This document shows, piece by piece, positions 49,994-59,376 of a stretch of 64,000 bases of DNA. A model generated the notes under the pieces. That model did not search any database and had not been told where the DNA came from. It saw nothing but the letters and a program-made list of their open reading frames with translations. Made by a program: the position numbers and the translations under genes. The stretch is from Fibrobacteria bacterium (GTDB lineage: Bacteria; Fibrobacterota; Fibrobacteria; UBA11236). Position 1 is the stretch's first letter, and every line of letters begins with the position of its first letter. Location of the stretch: the NCBI GenBank assembly GCA_039917895.1, contig JBDSIO010000219.1, positions 78 to 64,077 on the forward strand, in the 5' to 3' direction.

Positions 49994-50776
49994 TTAGAAG
50001 TCCTTCTTCTCCAGCCGTCGGAAAAACCAGACGGTCGGCAGCGCGACCCAAAGGGTGAGGGCTCCCAGCGCGGTGGTGATTCCCAGGGTGGTCCCGAAGA
50101 ACCTCCGGAACACCGCGCCGGTATATCCCAGCAGCACGGAGGCGTCCAACTGCATCAGCACCAGGATACGTTCCAGGTCCACGGGATTGAGCAGGATAGC
50201 GCCGATGGTGAACCGGTCCAGAGGGTAATCAGAAAAACTGGTCAGGATGAAAAGCAATCCGCCGTCGTACAGGAATACCATGAACAGCCACAGGACCAGG
50301 CTGGTGGAAAATCCGCGCAAGCGATCTTCAACGGTCAGAGCGATCAGGAACGCCAGCGCCAGGAAACTCAGATGGAGCAGGATCCCGCCGCCCAGGAAAA
50401 TTACCAGCATCAGGATATCCGCGCCGCCGTGGAATCCCGCGGCCACGGTGGGAATCCCGAGCCCCAGTCCGAAAGCCAGGCTGAGCGCCAGCGATAGGGC
50501 GAGGCCTTGGCCGGCCAGCAGCGCCTTGCGGCTCACCGGTTGGGCCAGCATCAGCTCCTGGAACCCCCGGGACTGGTAGAAATACAAGGTTCCGAAAACG
50601 ATGGCGCACAAAGGCGCCAGGAACAGGACCAGGCTCAACAGGGCGCCCAATCCGGCGGAACTGGTGGTGGCGAACTGCATCAGTCCGTATCCCGCCGCCA
50701 GGTAGAAAAGGAAATACGCCCCGATGAAGCGGCTGCGGAAAAGGTCTTTGAGGCAGAACGCCAGCACGGCCCTCAC
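49994..50776 (-). CDS. nosY: ABC-2-type permease NosY
   Basis: 6-TM ABC-2 permease located after nosF. I call a GTG start at 50776 that overlaps the nosF stop (GTGA). The track ORF start at 51130 would overlap nosF by about 350 nt. Confidence 0.6.
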   Translation of the reverse strand: MRAVLAFCLKDLFRSRFIGAYFLFYLAAGYGLMQFATTSSAGLGALLSLVLFLAPLCAIVFGTLYFYQSRGFQELMLAQPVSRKALLAGQGLALSLALSLAFGLGLGIPTVAAGFHGGADILMLVIFLGGGILLHLSFLALAFLIALTVEDRLRGFSTSLVLWLFMVFLYDGGLLFILTSFSDYPLDRFTIGAILLNPVDLERILVLMQLDASVLLGYTGAVFRRFFGTTLGITTALGALTLWVALPTVWFFRRLEKKDF

Positions 50777-51507
50777 GGCTTGCCCGCGGGCCCTTCGGCC
50801 GGTGCTTCCAGGCCCGCGGCGACGCTGCGCTCGAAAAGCCCGATGTCCGTGCCCATGCCGGGCATGTCCTTGGCCGGGACCGCGTGCACCTTCCCTTCGC
50901 GCAGAAAGGCCAGGGTATCGGCCAGCTCCCACAAATCCCCGAGCATGTGCGTCGAGAGCAGGATGCATTTGCCTTGGCCCCGTTCCCGCTTCAACAAATC
51001 CACCAGCTTCAGCCGCGAGGCGGGATCCAGGCTGGCCGTGGGCTCGTCCAGGACCAGGATCGGCGCATCGAACGCCACGGCCAGGGTCGCGTTCACCTTC
51101 TGCTTCATCCCGCCCGACAGGGTTTTCCACTTCTGGTCCAGGAACCCGTCTACGCCCATTTCCCCGCCCCTCTTGAAATCAGGAGTGATCTTGCGGACCT
51201 GGGAAACCAGTTTGGCGATTTCCCGCACCGTCAGGTTTTCCGGGAATCCGGGATATTGGGGCATGTAACCGATATGTTTCCTATAGTCGGGCCCTTTGCG
51301 GACATCGTCGCCCATCACGCGGATGGACCCGGTTTTGAAAACGTGCAGTCCGAGCAGGCAGCGCATGAAGGTGGATTTTCCGCTTCCGTTGGATCCGAGA
51401 ATCGCCGTCACCGTTCCGGGCCGCGCCTCCAACGAAAACCCGCGCAGAACCCGTTTCCTGCCATAGGACTTTTCCAGATCGAGTACGCTCAATGGGACCG
51501 CGTTCAT
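50773..51507 (-). CDS. nosF: ABC transporter ATP-binding protein NosF
   Basis: Walker A (GSNGSGKST), ABC signature (LSGGMKQK) and Walker B (ILVLDEPT). Its start overlaps the nosD stop. Confidence 0.8.
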   Translation of the reverse strand: MNAVPLSVLDLEKSYGRKRVLRGFSLEARPGTVTAILGSNGSGKSTFMRCLLGLHVFKTGSIRVMGDDVRKGPDYRKHIGYMPQYPGFPENLTVREIAKLVSQVRKITPDFKRGGEMGVDGFLDQKWKTLSGGMKQKVNATLAVAFDAPILVLDEPTASLDPASRLKLVDLLKRERGQGKCILLSTHMLGDLWELADTLAFLREGKVHAVPAKDMPGMGTDIGLFERSVAAGLEAPAEGPAGKP

Positions 51508-52865
51508 GAGGCTTTCCTGGCCGCCCGCACGATAGGCATCATCGGCTGCCGATCTTCCAGGGTGGGCGGCGATAAAGTAGGGAACATCCTTTCCAGGATG
51601 TTGAGCAAGGTCACGAAATGGCTACGCAACAGCACCATGGCCTGGGGATGGTTCTGCATGATGGCCGGAAAAAGCTCCACGGGCCGGTGCGGGATATCCC
51701 CGATGCCGTCCTTATCCAGGTCCCAACCCTGATAGTGATCCCAGGTGTTCCCGCTGAAGGTGTTGGTGTTTTCCGGGCTGGCGTTGTAGGCCAGATCGAA
51801 GGTGTTGTTCGTGAACCGGTTTCCCGTGTAGCTATTGGCGTCGCAATCCGAAACGATGCGCAATCCCCAGCCATTGTCCTTGAAAAGGTTTCCGGCAAGC
51901 GTAATACGGCTGCTGGCTTCCTGGAAAACCGCCACGGTGTTGCGTTCGAACACATTGTCCTCGATCCGGCTCCCGGTAATCGATTTAAGCAGCAGGCCGT
52001 AGCTCGCGGCTCCCCAGTTCTTCTCGAAACGGTTGCCCCGCATGTCGACTTTCCGGGAATACATCACGGCCACGCCGGATCCGTTGGTCCGGAAGGTATT
52101 GCGCAGGTAGGTGTTGCCGTGGGCGTACATGAAATGCAGGCCGTAACGGACATTTCCCTCGCATACATTGCCGATCACCATGCTGTTCCCGGTGAATTCC
52201 AGATAGATGCCGTCCCGGTGCCCGCGGATGGTATTGTCCTCGATCGTCACGCTGTCGCTTTTCCAGAAATGCAGGCCGTTTCCATTTGCCGTTTCCTTGC
52301 CCCGCAGGCCTTCGAATACATTCCCTTTCACGGTCACGCGCTTGACATGGGCGCCATAGACGCCGAAGAAATCGTGTTCGAAACGGTTACCCTCGATGCG
52401 GGCATCCGCCGCTTCCGTGACCCAGATGGCCCCGCATTCCCTGAGGTAGTTGACCCCGACTCCGCGGAAAACGAGGCCGCGGACCGTCACGCCGTCCGCG
52501 CGGATGTCCAGGATGGTTTCCCCGCCTTGGGCGTCTAAAACGGGCCAGCCCTCTCCCTGGATGGAAACGCGTTTGCGGATGATCATGCCTTTTTCCGGAT
52601 ACGTCCCGGGCGCCACATGGATGAAGTCGCCGGCGCGGCTCGCCTCCAAGGCTTCACCGAGGCGGGCATAGGAACGGCCGGCGCCTACGAACAACGTATC
52701 CGCGGACCAAACGGGAGGGTTCGCGATGAGGAACAGGAAAAGCAAGGCGGCGGATCGGAAAGCCGGGGACGAGCGAGAAGATCGAAACGATCGAGAAACT
52801 CGATAATGTCGTGAAGATCGTGAAGATCGTAAGGGTCGTGAAGGTTGAAAGGGCATATGCGGCAT
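51504..52865 (-). CDS. nosD: NosD periplasmic parallel beta-helix copper-insertion protein
   Basis: Repeated right-handed beta-helix motifs (GNxFExN..., IEDNxFExN). The signal peptide starts at the internal Met MPHMPF... (52865), 6 nt after the upstream gene's stop. The track start at 53114 would overlap the upstream gene. Confidence 0.8.
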   Translation of the reverse strand: MPHMPFQPSRPLRSSRSSRHYRVSRSFRSSRSSPAFRSAALLFLFLIANPPVWSADTLFVGAGRSYARLGEALEASRAGDFIHVAPGTYPEKGMIIRKRVSIQGEGWPVLDAQGGETILDIRADGVTVRGLVFRGVGVNYLRECGAIWVTEAADARIEGNRFEHDFFGVYGAHVKRVTVKGNVFEGLRGKETANGNGLHFWKSDSVTIEDNTIRGHRDGIYLEFTGNSMVIGNVCEGNVRYGLHFMYAHGNTYLRNTFRTNGSGVAVMYSRKVDMRGNRFEKNWGAASYGLLLKSITGSRIEDNVFERNTVAVFQEASSRITLAGNLFKDNGWGLRIVSDCDANSYTGNRFTNNTFDLAYNASPENTNTFSGNTWDHYQGWDLDKDGIGDIPHRPVELFPAIMQNHPQAMVLLRSHFVTLLNILERMFPTLSPPTLEDRQPMMPIVRAARKAS

Positions 52866-52870
52866 GGCCC

Positions 52871-53950
52871 TCAGAGCTTTTGCAGGGCGCTCCATGGCAG
52901 CAGATCCCCGCCCACCCGTCCTTGATAAGCCAAAGCGGAATCCCTGGATTGGAAGGCGGCGAGCGAACTGCCCATTGGACTCGGGATATGGCCGCCCTTC
53001 AGGAAGAAACCCGCATTCGCGTCCATCACCCCTGTCTCCGGGCGGCTCCAGTCCGATACGAACAACGCTTCCCCGGAGCGCAAAGGCCTCGATTTCAAGT
53101 CTTCCATGAGGCATTCTATGGCGTCGTATACGAAGACCTTTCCCTTTTCATTGATGCGCTGAGCCGCAAAGCCCTTCTGCACCAAAGTCATCTTGCAAAA
53201 GTGGCAGGCATCCTCTCCCCAATGGAAGACAACCGGTCCGGACCTGCCGCACCCGGAGAATAATAGGCCTAAAGTCAGGACCGCGGCCGTTACCTGCGGA
53301 ATTCGCGACTTCCCCAGGCCGATTTTCCATCCCCAACTCCGCGAAAGGGCAACCGCCAGGGACAAGGCGATCAGTACGCCGCCGAGAAAAAGCAGGTATC
53401 CGCCCAGGGCTGGCCAGGAAGTCGAAAGGAAATTCAGGAGTTTGGCCTCGCCGATCAATGGCGGCTGATAGCTCATCCCCGGCACCTTGATGGCCGCCAT
53501 CGGATTCAAATCATGCCCGTAGTCGTATTCCCAATTCCAGAAATCGTACATCCCGTACGCCCCCAGACCAGTCAAACCGGAAAGCAGGGCTCCGGTCGAC
53601 CAGGCCTTCGGCCTGAATGCGGCGATGAAACAGAGGAAGGCGAAGAGCAGGGTCAGAGGCATGATGAAGCGCAGCTCGGGGATGGACTCGGGGACGATCT
53701 TCTTCATGCCGATATAGTGGTTGAGTTCGTTGATGATATCCAGATCATGGGGGTTCTCGCCGACGATGGTACGAGTCCAGATCTGCATTCCCATCCCTTC
53801 GGGGTATTGCGGCGCATCCAAAGTGATGCGCCACATGGGGAAGAAAAGCGATGCGAGCAATGCGATCCCCGCCAGGACCAGCAGGAGGGACTCCAGCAAG
53901 GAGCGGCCTTTGTCCAAGTCCGCAGCCTCTTTCCGGCCGACGAGTATCAT
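52871..53950 (-). CDS. nosL: Polytopic membrane domain (NosB-like position) fused in-frame to a NosL copper-chaperone domain
   Basis: 359 aa. The N-terminal ~225 aa have 4-5 TM helices. An internal lipobox-like LLFSGCGRSG follows, then a NosL-like domain (VFHWGEDACHFCKMTLVQKGFAAQRINEKGKVFVYDAIEC...FLKGGHIPSPMGSSLAAFQSR). Confidence 0.55.
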   Translation of the reverse strand: MILVGRKEAADLDKGRSLLESLLLVLAGIALLASLFFPMWRITLDAPQYPEGMGMQIWTRTIVGENPHDLDIINELNHYIGMKKIVPESIPELRFIMPLTLLFAFLCFIAAFRPKAWSTGALLSGLTGLGAYGMYDFWNWEYDYGHDLNPMAAIKVPGMSYQPPLIGEAKLLNFLSTSWPALGGYLLFLGGVLIALSLAVALSRSWGWKIGLGKSRIPQVTAAVLTLGLLFSGCGRSGPVVFHWGEDACHFCKMTLVQKGFAAQRINEKGKVFVYDAIECLMEDLKSRPLRSGEALFVSDWSRPETGVMDANAGFFLKGGHIPSPMGSSLAAFQSRDSALAYQGRVGGDLLPWSALQKL

Positions 53951-53973
53951 GATTGTCCCTTAATCCTTTTCCT

Positions 53974-55989
53974 TCAGGTTCCGTCTTTGAGGGGGTCGTC
54001 TTCCTTACCGGTCGAAAAAGTCAGGTCGACCTTTTCACCCGGAGGGGAAATGCGGATGTAACCCTGCATTTCCTGATGCAGCGCGGAGCAGAAATCCGTG
54101 CAATAGAAGGGAATGACGCCGACCCGGTTCGCCACGAACTTTATCGTACGGGTCTGGCCGGGCATGATTAGAAGCTCCGTGGCCTGGGCCCCCATCATCG
54201 CGAAGCCATGAGGCACGTCCCAATCCTGCTCCAGATTGGTGATGTGGAAATACAAGGTGTCGCCGAGGACGGGGCCTTCGATATTGTCCGGCACGAAATG
54301 GCTGCGGATTACGGAAGCATAGATATGCACCGCCTTGCCTTTGCGCTCCACGCGGGCTTCCTTCTCGCTCTTGATGGCGTCGGGATGATGGTTTTCGGTC
54401 AACTTGAAGATTTTCACGCTGTTCGGCTCGACCAGCGCGGCCGGCAGCGCTTGCGCATAATGCGGCTCCCCGCTGGTGGGAAACTCGGAAAGCAGTTTCA
54501 TCTTCTCGCCGGTGATGTCGATCAGCTGGGAGGACTGCGTCAACTCGGGGCCGGTGGGAAGGTAACGGTCTTTGGTGATCTTGTTCAGAGCGATCACATA
54601 TTTTCCGTAGGGCTTGCGCGTATCGCCCATCGGCACCATCAAATGGCCGATGGCGTAATAGCAAGGGATCCGATCGAGGATTTCCCAGGTTCCCAACTTC
54701 CACTTCACGATTTCCGAGGACAGGAACATGGAGGTGTAGGCATTGCCCAACCCGTCAAATTCGGTATGGAGGGGGCCAAGCCCGGGCTTGTCCACTTCTC
54801 CGGCCAGTACCTGGTCGTACTTCAGGATGGGAATGCCCATCGCGTCGCCGTCGAAAGCCTTCGCTTCGATGGCCTGGAGCATCTTGGTGAAGGAATGGAC
54901 CGGGATCACACTGGCCAGCTTGCCGCCCGCGACGATGTACTCCCCCGTAGGGTCAACGTCCACGCCGTGCGGGGACTTGGGAGTGGGCAGATAATACACG
55001 ATATCGGGGCATTCCGCCGGCGTAATCATGCGCACCTTGCGGCGGATCTCGCTTACGGCGGTCTGAGTGGCTTCATCCAGATAATTGTCGAAGTGGGTGC
55101 CTTCCACGTCCCGGCCTTTGCCGGCGGCCACGCAGGCCTCGGCCTTTTTCCAATTGATGGCCGCGATGAAGTCCTTGTCGCGCTGGGACGCGTTCACTTC
55201 CTTGAGGGTATGGGCCTGTTCCACATTGTAGGATGAGAAGAACGCCCAATCCTTGGAAGGTCCCTTGCCGCAATGGGCCTTGTCGTAGTCGAAGCCGGGA
55301 AGGAGGATCTGGAACGCCACGGCCATGCGGCCGGTCGCCTTGTTCACGGAGACGAAGGACATGGCGGCCTTGAAGTCCTTGGCGTAGTTGCGGATGGCCT
55401 CGCTGACCTGGGGAATGGGAACGGAGAAGCGCGTGCCTGCCACCAGGTATTCGGAGTTTTCCGTGGTGAAAGGGGAGCTGTGGTTGCCAGCGCTGTTCGG
55501 GATTTCAATCGTCTCCACCGTCTCGAAGGTGCGCAGGTCGATGCGCGCGATGCGCGGGGTATTATTGCCGTTGATGAATACATACTTCCCGTCCACCTCG
55601 CCGTTGGTTTGCGAGAGCTGCGGATGATGGGCATCGTCCCACGGAATGAAGCCGAAGCTGGTATTCAAAAGCGCCTTGGTCTCTTCGGAATACCCATAGG
55701 CGTTTTCCGGATTCTGCGAGAACACGGGGATAACCCGCAGCGTCCTCCCGGAGGGCAGCCCCACCACGGACAGTTGTCCGCTGAAGCCTCCGGAGAAGAA
55801 TCCGTACAATTCATCATGGGTTCCCGGGGCGACGTAGACTTTCTGCGCCGCATCCCCGGAAATTCCCGGGGCCGCCTTGCGGGCGACCTGCTTTTCGCAC
55901 CCGGCGAGGGACGCCAGGGCAATCCCGGCGATACCGATGGCCGTCATCCGCTTTGACCATACCTTTTTCACTTGTACTCCTTTTCGCAT
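53974..55989 (-). CDS. nosZ: Nitrous oxide reductase NosZ, clade II (Sec-type lipoprotein signal)
   Basis: Seven-bladed propeller region with conserved His for CuZ. C-terminal CuA motif FYCTDFCSALHQEMQGYIRI. The signal MRKGVQVKKVWSKRMTAIGIAGIALASLAGC lacks RR. Alternative starts at 56040 and 55947. Confidence 0.9.
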   Translation of the reverse strand: MRKGVQVKKVWSKRMTAIGIAGIALASLAGCEKQVARKAAPGISGDAAQKVYVAPGTHDELYGFFSGGFSGQLSVVGLPSGRTLRVIPVFSQNPENAYGYSEETKALLNTSFGFIPWDDAHHPQLSQTNGEVDGKYVFINGNNTPRIARIDLRTFETVETIEIPNSAGNHSSPFTTENSEYLVAGTRFSVPIPQVSEAIRNYAKDFKAAMSFVSVNKATGRMAVAFQILLPGFDYDKAHCGKGPSKDWAFFSSYNVEQAHTLKEVNASQRDKDFIAAINWKKAEACVAAGKGRDVEGTHFDNYLDEATQTAVSEIRRKVRMITPAECPDIVYYLPTPKSPHGVDVDPTGEYIVAGGKLASVIPVHSFTKMLQAIEAKAFDGDAMGIPILKYDQVLAGEVDKPGLGPLHTEFDGLGNAYTSMFLSSEIVKWKLGTWEILDRIPCYYAIGHLMVPMGDTRKPYGKYVIALNKITKDRYLPTGPELTQSSQLIDITGEKMKLLSEFPTSGEPHYAQALPAALVEPNSVKIFKLTENHHPDAIKSEKEARVERKGKAVHIYASVIRSHFVPDNIEGPVLGDTLYFHITNLEQDWDVPHGFAMMGAQATELLIMPGQTRTIKFVANRVGVIPFYCTDFCSALHQEMQGYIRISPPGEKVDLTFSTGKEDDPLKDGT

Positions 55990-55990
55990 T

Positions 55991-56485
55991 TTATATTCCG
56001 TCGTGCTTCCTGAAATATTCCAGCAACGCGCGGGCATCATCCTCGGTGGCGATGACCGACATCTGGGTCATGTATTCGCCCAACAGGGCCTTGGCGGTCG
56101 GGTCGCTCTGCGTCATTCCGGCGGGATTCATGATCATGTTCATGACCCACTCGGGGGTGCGGCGTTTGGTAACGCCGGCCAGGGCGGGACCGACGTAGCG
56201 CGCGTCCATCTTATGGCAAGCCGAGCAGGTGCCGGAGAAAATCTTCTCCCCTTTGGTAACCAGGTTTTCATCGAGCGCGCCGATGGCGACGGAGTGGATG
56301 GGGCCTACGCCTTTGGAGGCCGCCTGATCTTCCGTCTTTGGCTCCGCGGCGGGAGACTTGGCTTCCGGAGCGGCCTCTTTCTTGTCGCATCCGGCGAGAA
56401 AAAACCCCAGGGACAGCGCGATCGCAACACCCAATTTCATCACCGCCCCGTTGGTTTTTTCGTTTGCCTTGTCCTTAGTACGCAT
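55991..56485 (-). CDS. Lipoprotein monoheme c-type cytochrome upstream of nosZ (clade II nos-cluster cytochrome)
   Basis: Lipobox LGFFLAGC. One CSACH motif with a downstream Met ligand region. Alternative starts at 56551/56440. Confidence 0.6.
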   Translation of the reverse strand: MRTKDKANEKTNGAVMKLGVAIALSLGFFLAGCDKKEAAPEAKSPAAEPKTEDQAASKGVGPIHSVAIGALDENLVTKGEKIFSGTCSACHKMDARYVGPALAGVTKRRTPEWVMNMIMNPAGMTQSDPTAKALLGEYMTQMSVIATEDDARALLEYFRKHDGI

Positions 56486-56692
56486 GTCCGTATACCCTTC
56501 TTTCCTGCTTCGACCCGGGGTCCTGATTCCGGAGTCCCATCGAATACCCATGTTTAAAGCAAGGGCGATGCCAGCCTTGATTGACAGGTTTCAGCATTGA
56601 TTGGTGACAAGAGCGCTGGGATATGCCGGGATTAGATCCTGGAATTGCCTATCTGACAATCGGAACGGCATTAAGGCAAGTAGGCGAGGATT

Positions 56693-57199
56693 TTAGGGAA
56701 AGCCACGGACCAAGATCACGGCGGCGAATACCGCCAACACCCCCAGCATAAGAACAACGCGGCCGAACCGTGAGGCCCGCCTACGCGCGGCCGCGGCCGA
56801 CGCGGTGCCGGGTTGCTCCAGGATGATTTTCGCCGCCCTTGGCCCCAGATAGAAATCGTGGAAGGCGCTGATGACGATAAGGGATGCGACCAAGCTCAAC
56901 TTGATGGCAAGCGCTTTTCCGAATCCCCCATGGAATATCGCGCCGGTCAGGCATGCTTCCCAGCCTATGCCGCGGAGCCCCAGGTTGGCGCAACCGGTGA
57001 CGATCAGAACCGCCAGGCTCGCCCAGCCCACCGTACGGTAGCGCATCACGATTGCCCGCATGACCCCGGCGGATACGAGGGTGGCGCCGGGCCGGTGGAC
57101 CAGAGGCACGAGCACCAAGGCGATGAATGCGGCGCCGCCCAGCCATACCGCGGCGGCCAGGATATGCATCCAGACGGAGACTAGATAAAGTGCGTGCAT
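56693..57199 (-). CDS. CopD-like small polytopic membrane protein
   Basis: 168 aa, 4-5 TM helices, with a CopD-like motif HILAAAVWLGG. Confidence 0.35.
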   Translation of the reverse strand: MHALYLVSVWMHILAAAVWLGGAAFIALVLVPLVHRPGATLVSAGVMRAIVMRYRTVGWASLAVLIVTGCANLGLRGIGWEACLTGAIFHGGFGKALAIKLSLVASLIVISAFHDFYLGPRAAKIILEQPGTASAAAARRRASRFGRVVLMLGVLAVFAAVILVRGFP

Positions 57200-57495
57200 G
57201 GCCTTCGCGCTCCCGGCTTCAAGGTGTCGCGTTCACGGTCCTGATTAGGCCGGCCAGGGTTCCGCATGGCAATACGGAAATCATAACACTTCATGGGAGC
57301 GTTTATTCTCGCAGGTCCCCACCGATGTCGCGCCATTTTGGCAAAGGGGTGCAGGGAGTCCTCGGTGCCAAAATGCCCAGGGAAAACCGTCGAGATGCCG
57401 ATTGCTCCCGGATATCATTTAAGACAACAAGGAGACGAAACATGGCATACCTGGCCGGTAATCTGCACTTGGACAAGGACCCGGAGCGCTGAAAC

Positions 57496-58353
57496 ATGAA
57501 GACGCAAAACCTGTTATTCGGAATGCTTGTCAAACGGATGGAAGCGGAGTCGCTCCGTTGGCTTGAAAAGAGCGCGTTTCAAATCCGCTCCGCTCCCGAA
57601 GAGCGCCTGCTTTACGCCACGTATAGCGCCGCCATCCGGTATTCGGGAAAAGGGCCGTTGCATCCGTCGGAATCCGAGCTGCTGCAAGCCGCGGACCTGG
57701 TTCCGGGATGGGACCCAGGGGACTGGACGCTGGACCAGGCGGCCCGCATCGCCCTGTTGCTTTCGCTGCCCGCAACGGCCAAGTCGGCGCGGTGGATGGA
57801 CGCCATCTACCAGACTTCCGATCTGGGCGAAGCGCTGGCCCTCATGAAGGCCCTGCCCTTGCTGCCCTTGCCCGCCGAGCATCTGGAACGCGCACGCATG
57901 GGCGCGCGCAGCAACGTGAAATCCCAATTCGAAGCCGTTGCCGTGCGCAACCCTTTTCCAGCCCGCCATTTCGATGAAGCCGCCTGGAACCAATTGGTCT
58001 CCAAGGCGATTTTCGTCGAGACTCCATTGCGCGCCATTACCGGACTCGATGAACGCGGCAACCGCGCGCTCAACCGGATCCTGACCGACCTGGTACGGGA
58101 ACGCCGGGCCGCCGGCCGGACCTTCGACCCGTGGCTTTACCGCTGCATCGCGGTCTCGGCCGATGGCGCCGAACTGGACCTTTTGGAATCGCTCCTGGAA
58201 TCAGGTTCCCCTCTTGAACGGGAAGCCGCGCTTGGGGGCTTGGCCCGCAATCCCTCCCCGCGCGCCGCGCTGATGGCGCGCGACGCCTCCACAAGCCAAC
58301 CCGCCACCCCGGATAGCCGACCGATAATGGAGCACCCGTCCCATGTCCGATAA
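57496..58353 (+). CDS. Hypothetical helical protein (possibly EboA-like); its stop overlaps the downstream TatD-family gene
   Basis: 285 aa with no recognisable catalytic motifs. The downstream gene overlaps its 3' end by 11 nt. The EboA-like label comes only from the adjacency with a TatD hydrolase and my recollection that the ebo operon begins eboA-eboB (TatD). Confidence 0.3.
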   Translation: MKTQNLLFGMLVKRMEAESLRWLEKSAFQIRSAPEERLLYATYSAAIRYSGKGPLHPSESELLQAADLVPGWDPGDWTLDQAARIALLLSLPATAKSARWMDAIYQTSDLGEALALMKALPLLPLPAEHLERARMGARSNVKSQFEAVAVRNPFPARHFDEAAWNQLVSKAIFVETPLRAITGLDERGNRALNRILTDLVRERRAAGRTFDPWLYRCIAVSADGAELDLLESLLESGSPLEREAALGGLARNPSPRAALMARDASTSQPATPDSRPIMEHPSHVR

Positions 58354-59233
58354 GAAAATCCGCCTGATCGACCCGCACATCCACATGGTATCCCGCACCA
58401 CGGCCGACTACGAGGCCATGGCCGAGGCCGGCATCGTGGCCGTCATCGAACCGTCCTTCTGGGTCGGCCAACCACGCACCCAGGCCGGCACCTTCCTGGA
58501 TTACTTCTCTTCGTTGGTGGGTTGGGAAAGATTCCGCGCCACCCAATTCGGCATCCATCACTATTGCACCATCGGCCTAAACTCCAAGGAGGCCAACAAC
58601 GAAGCCTTGGCGGAACAGGTCATGGATCTGATCCCGCGCTTCGTGGGCAAGGAGGGCGTGGTCGCCATCGGCGAAATCGGCTACGACGAGATGACCGCGA
58701 TTGAAGACAAGTATTTCCGCCTGCAGTTGGAACTGGCAAAGGATCTGGACATGCCGGTGATGATCCATACGCCGCACCGTAACAAGCAGGCGGGCACTTC
58801 GCGAAGCATGGACGTATGCCTGGAGCACGGACTGTCGCCGGGGCGCGTGGTCATCGACCACAACAACGAAGAGACCGTCAAAGAAGTCCTCGATCGGGGC
58901 TTCTGGGCCGGCTTCACGATCTATCCAAAAACCAAGATGGATCCGGCGCGCATGACAGCGCTGGTGAGACAGTACGGGCCGGAACGAATCCTGGTGGACT
59001 CCAGCGCCGATTGGGGCATCAGCGATCCCCTGGCGGTGCCCAAGACCGCGCGCCTGATGTTGGATTCGGGGATCCCGGCCGACGACGTGGATGCCGTCTG
59101 CTACGGCAATGCCCTGCTCGCCTATGGGCAATGCGGGCAGATGCGCGAAAGCGATTGGCTGCATCCCTGTTCGTTCGACGCCTCGGATTCGTTTTCCGGC
59201 AACGGCGTCGCCCGTGGCCAACCCTTGGACTGA
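58343..59233 (+). CDS. TatD-family metal-dependent hydrolase
   Basis: IDPHIHM metal-binding motif and TIM-barrel hydrolase His/Asp/Glu pattern (…MIHTPH…, …DHNN…). Confidence 0.65.
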   Translation: MSDKKIRLIDPHIHMVSRTTADYEAMAEAGIVAVIEPSFWVGQPRTQAGTFLDYFSSLVGWERFRATQFGIHHYCTIGLNSKEANNEALAEQVMDLIPRFVGKEGVVAIGEIGYDEMTAIEDKYFRLQLELAKDLDMPVMIHTPHRNKQAGTSRSMDVCLEHGLSPGRVVIDHNNEETVKEVLDRGFWAGFTIYPKTKMDPARMTALVRQYGPERILVDSSADWGISDPLAVPKTARLMLDSGIPADDVDAVCYGNALLAYGQCGQMRESDWLHPCSFDASDSFSGNGVARGQPLD

Positions 59234-59376
59234 CCTGGAATCAACCATCCTGCCATTCTGTCAAATCAGCGCCGCGCTTTCCCGAACCTTTGTGAGAATG
59301 CCCGCCATTCCCTTCACGGAGAATCGAAATCGGACCCGGCACGGGTATTGCTCAATAACTTGGGGGAGGTATTACC

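Noticed and set aside
57496-59233. Calling a complete ebo (eboA-F) operon
   Set aside because: Only an EboA-like protein plus a TatD hydrolase are present. No UbiA prenyltransferase, DHQ-synthase-like, TIM-barrel or phosphatase genes follow, so at most it is a partial or analogous pair. The EboA assignment itself is tentative.
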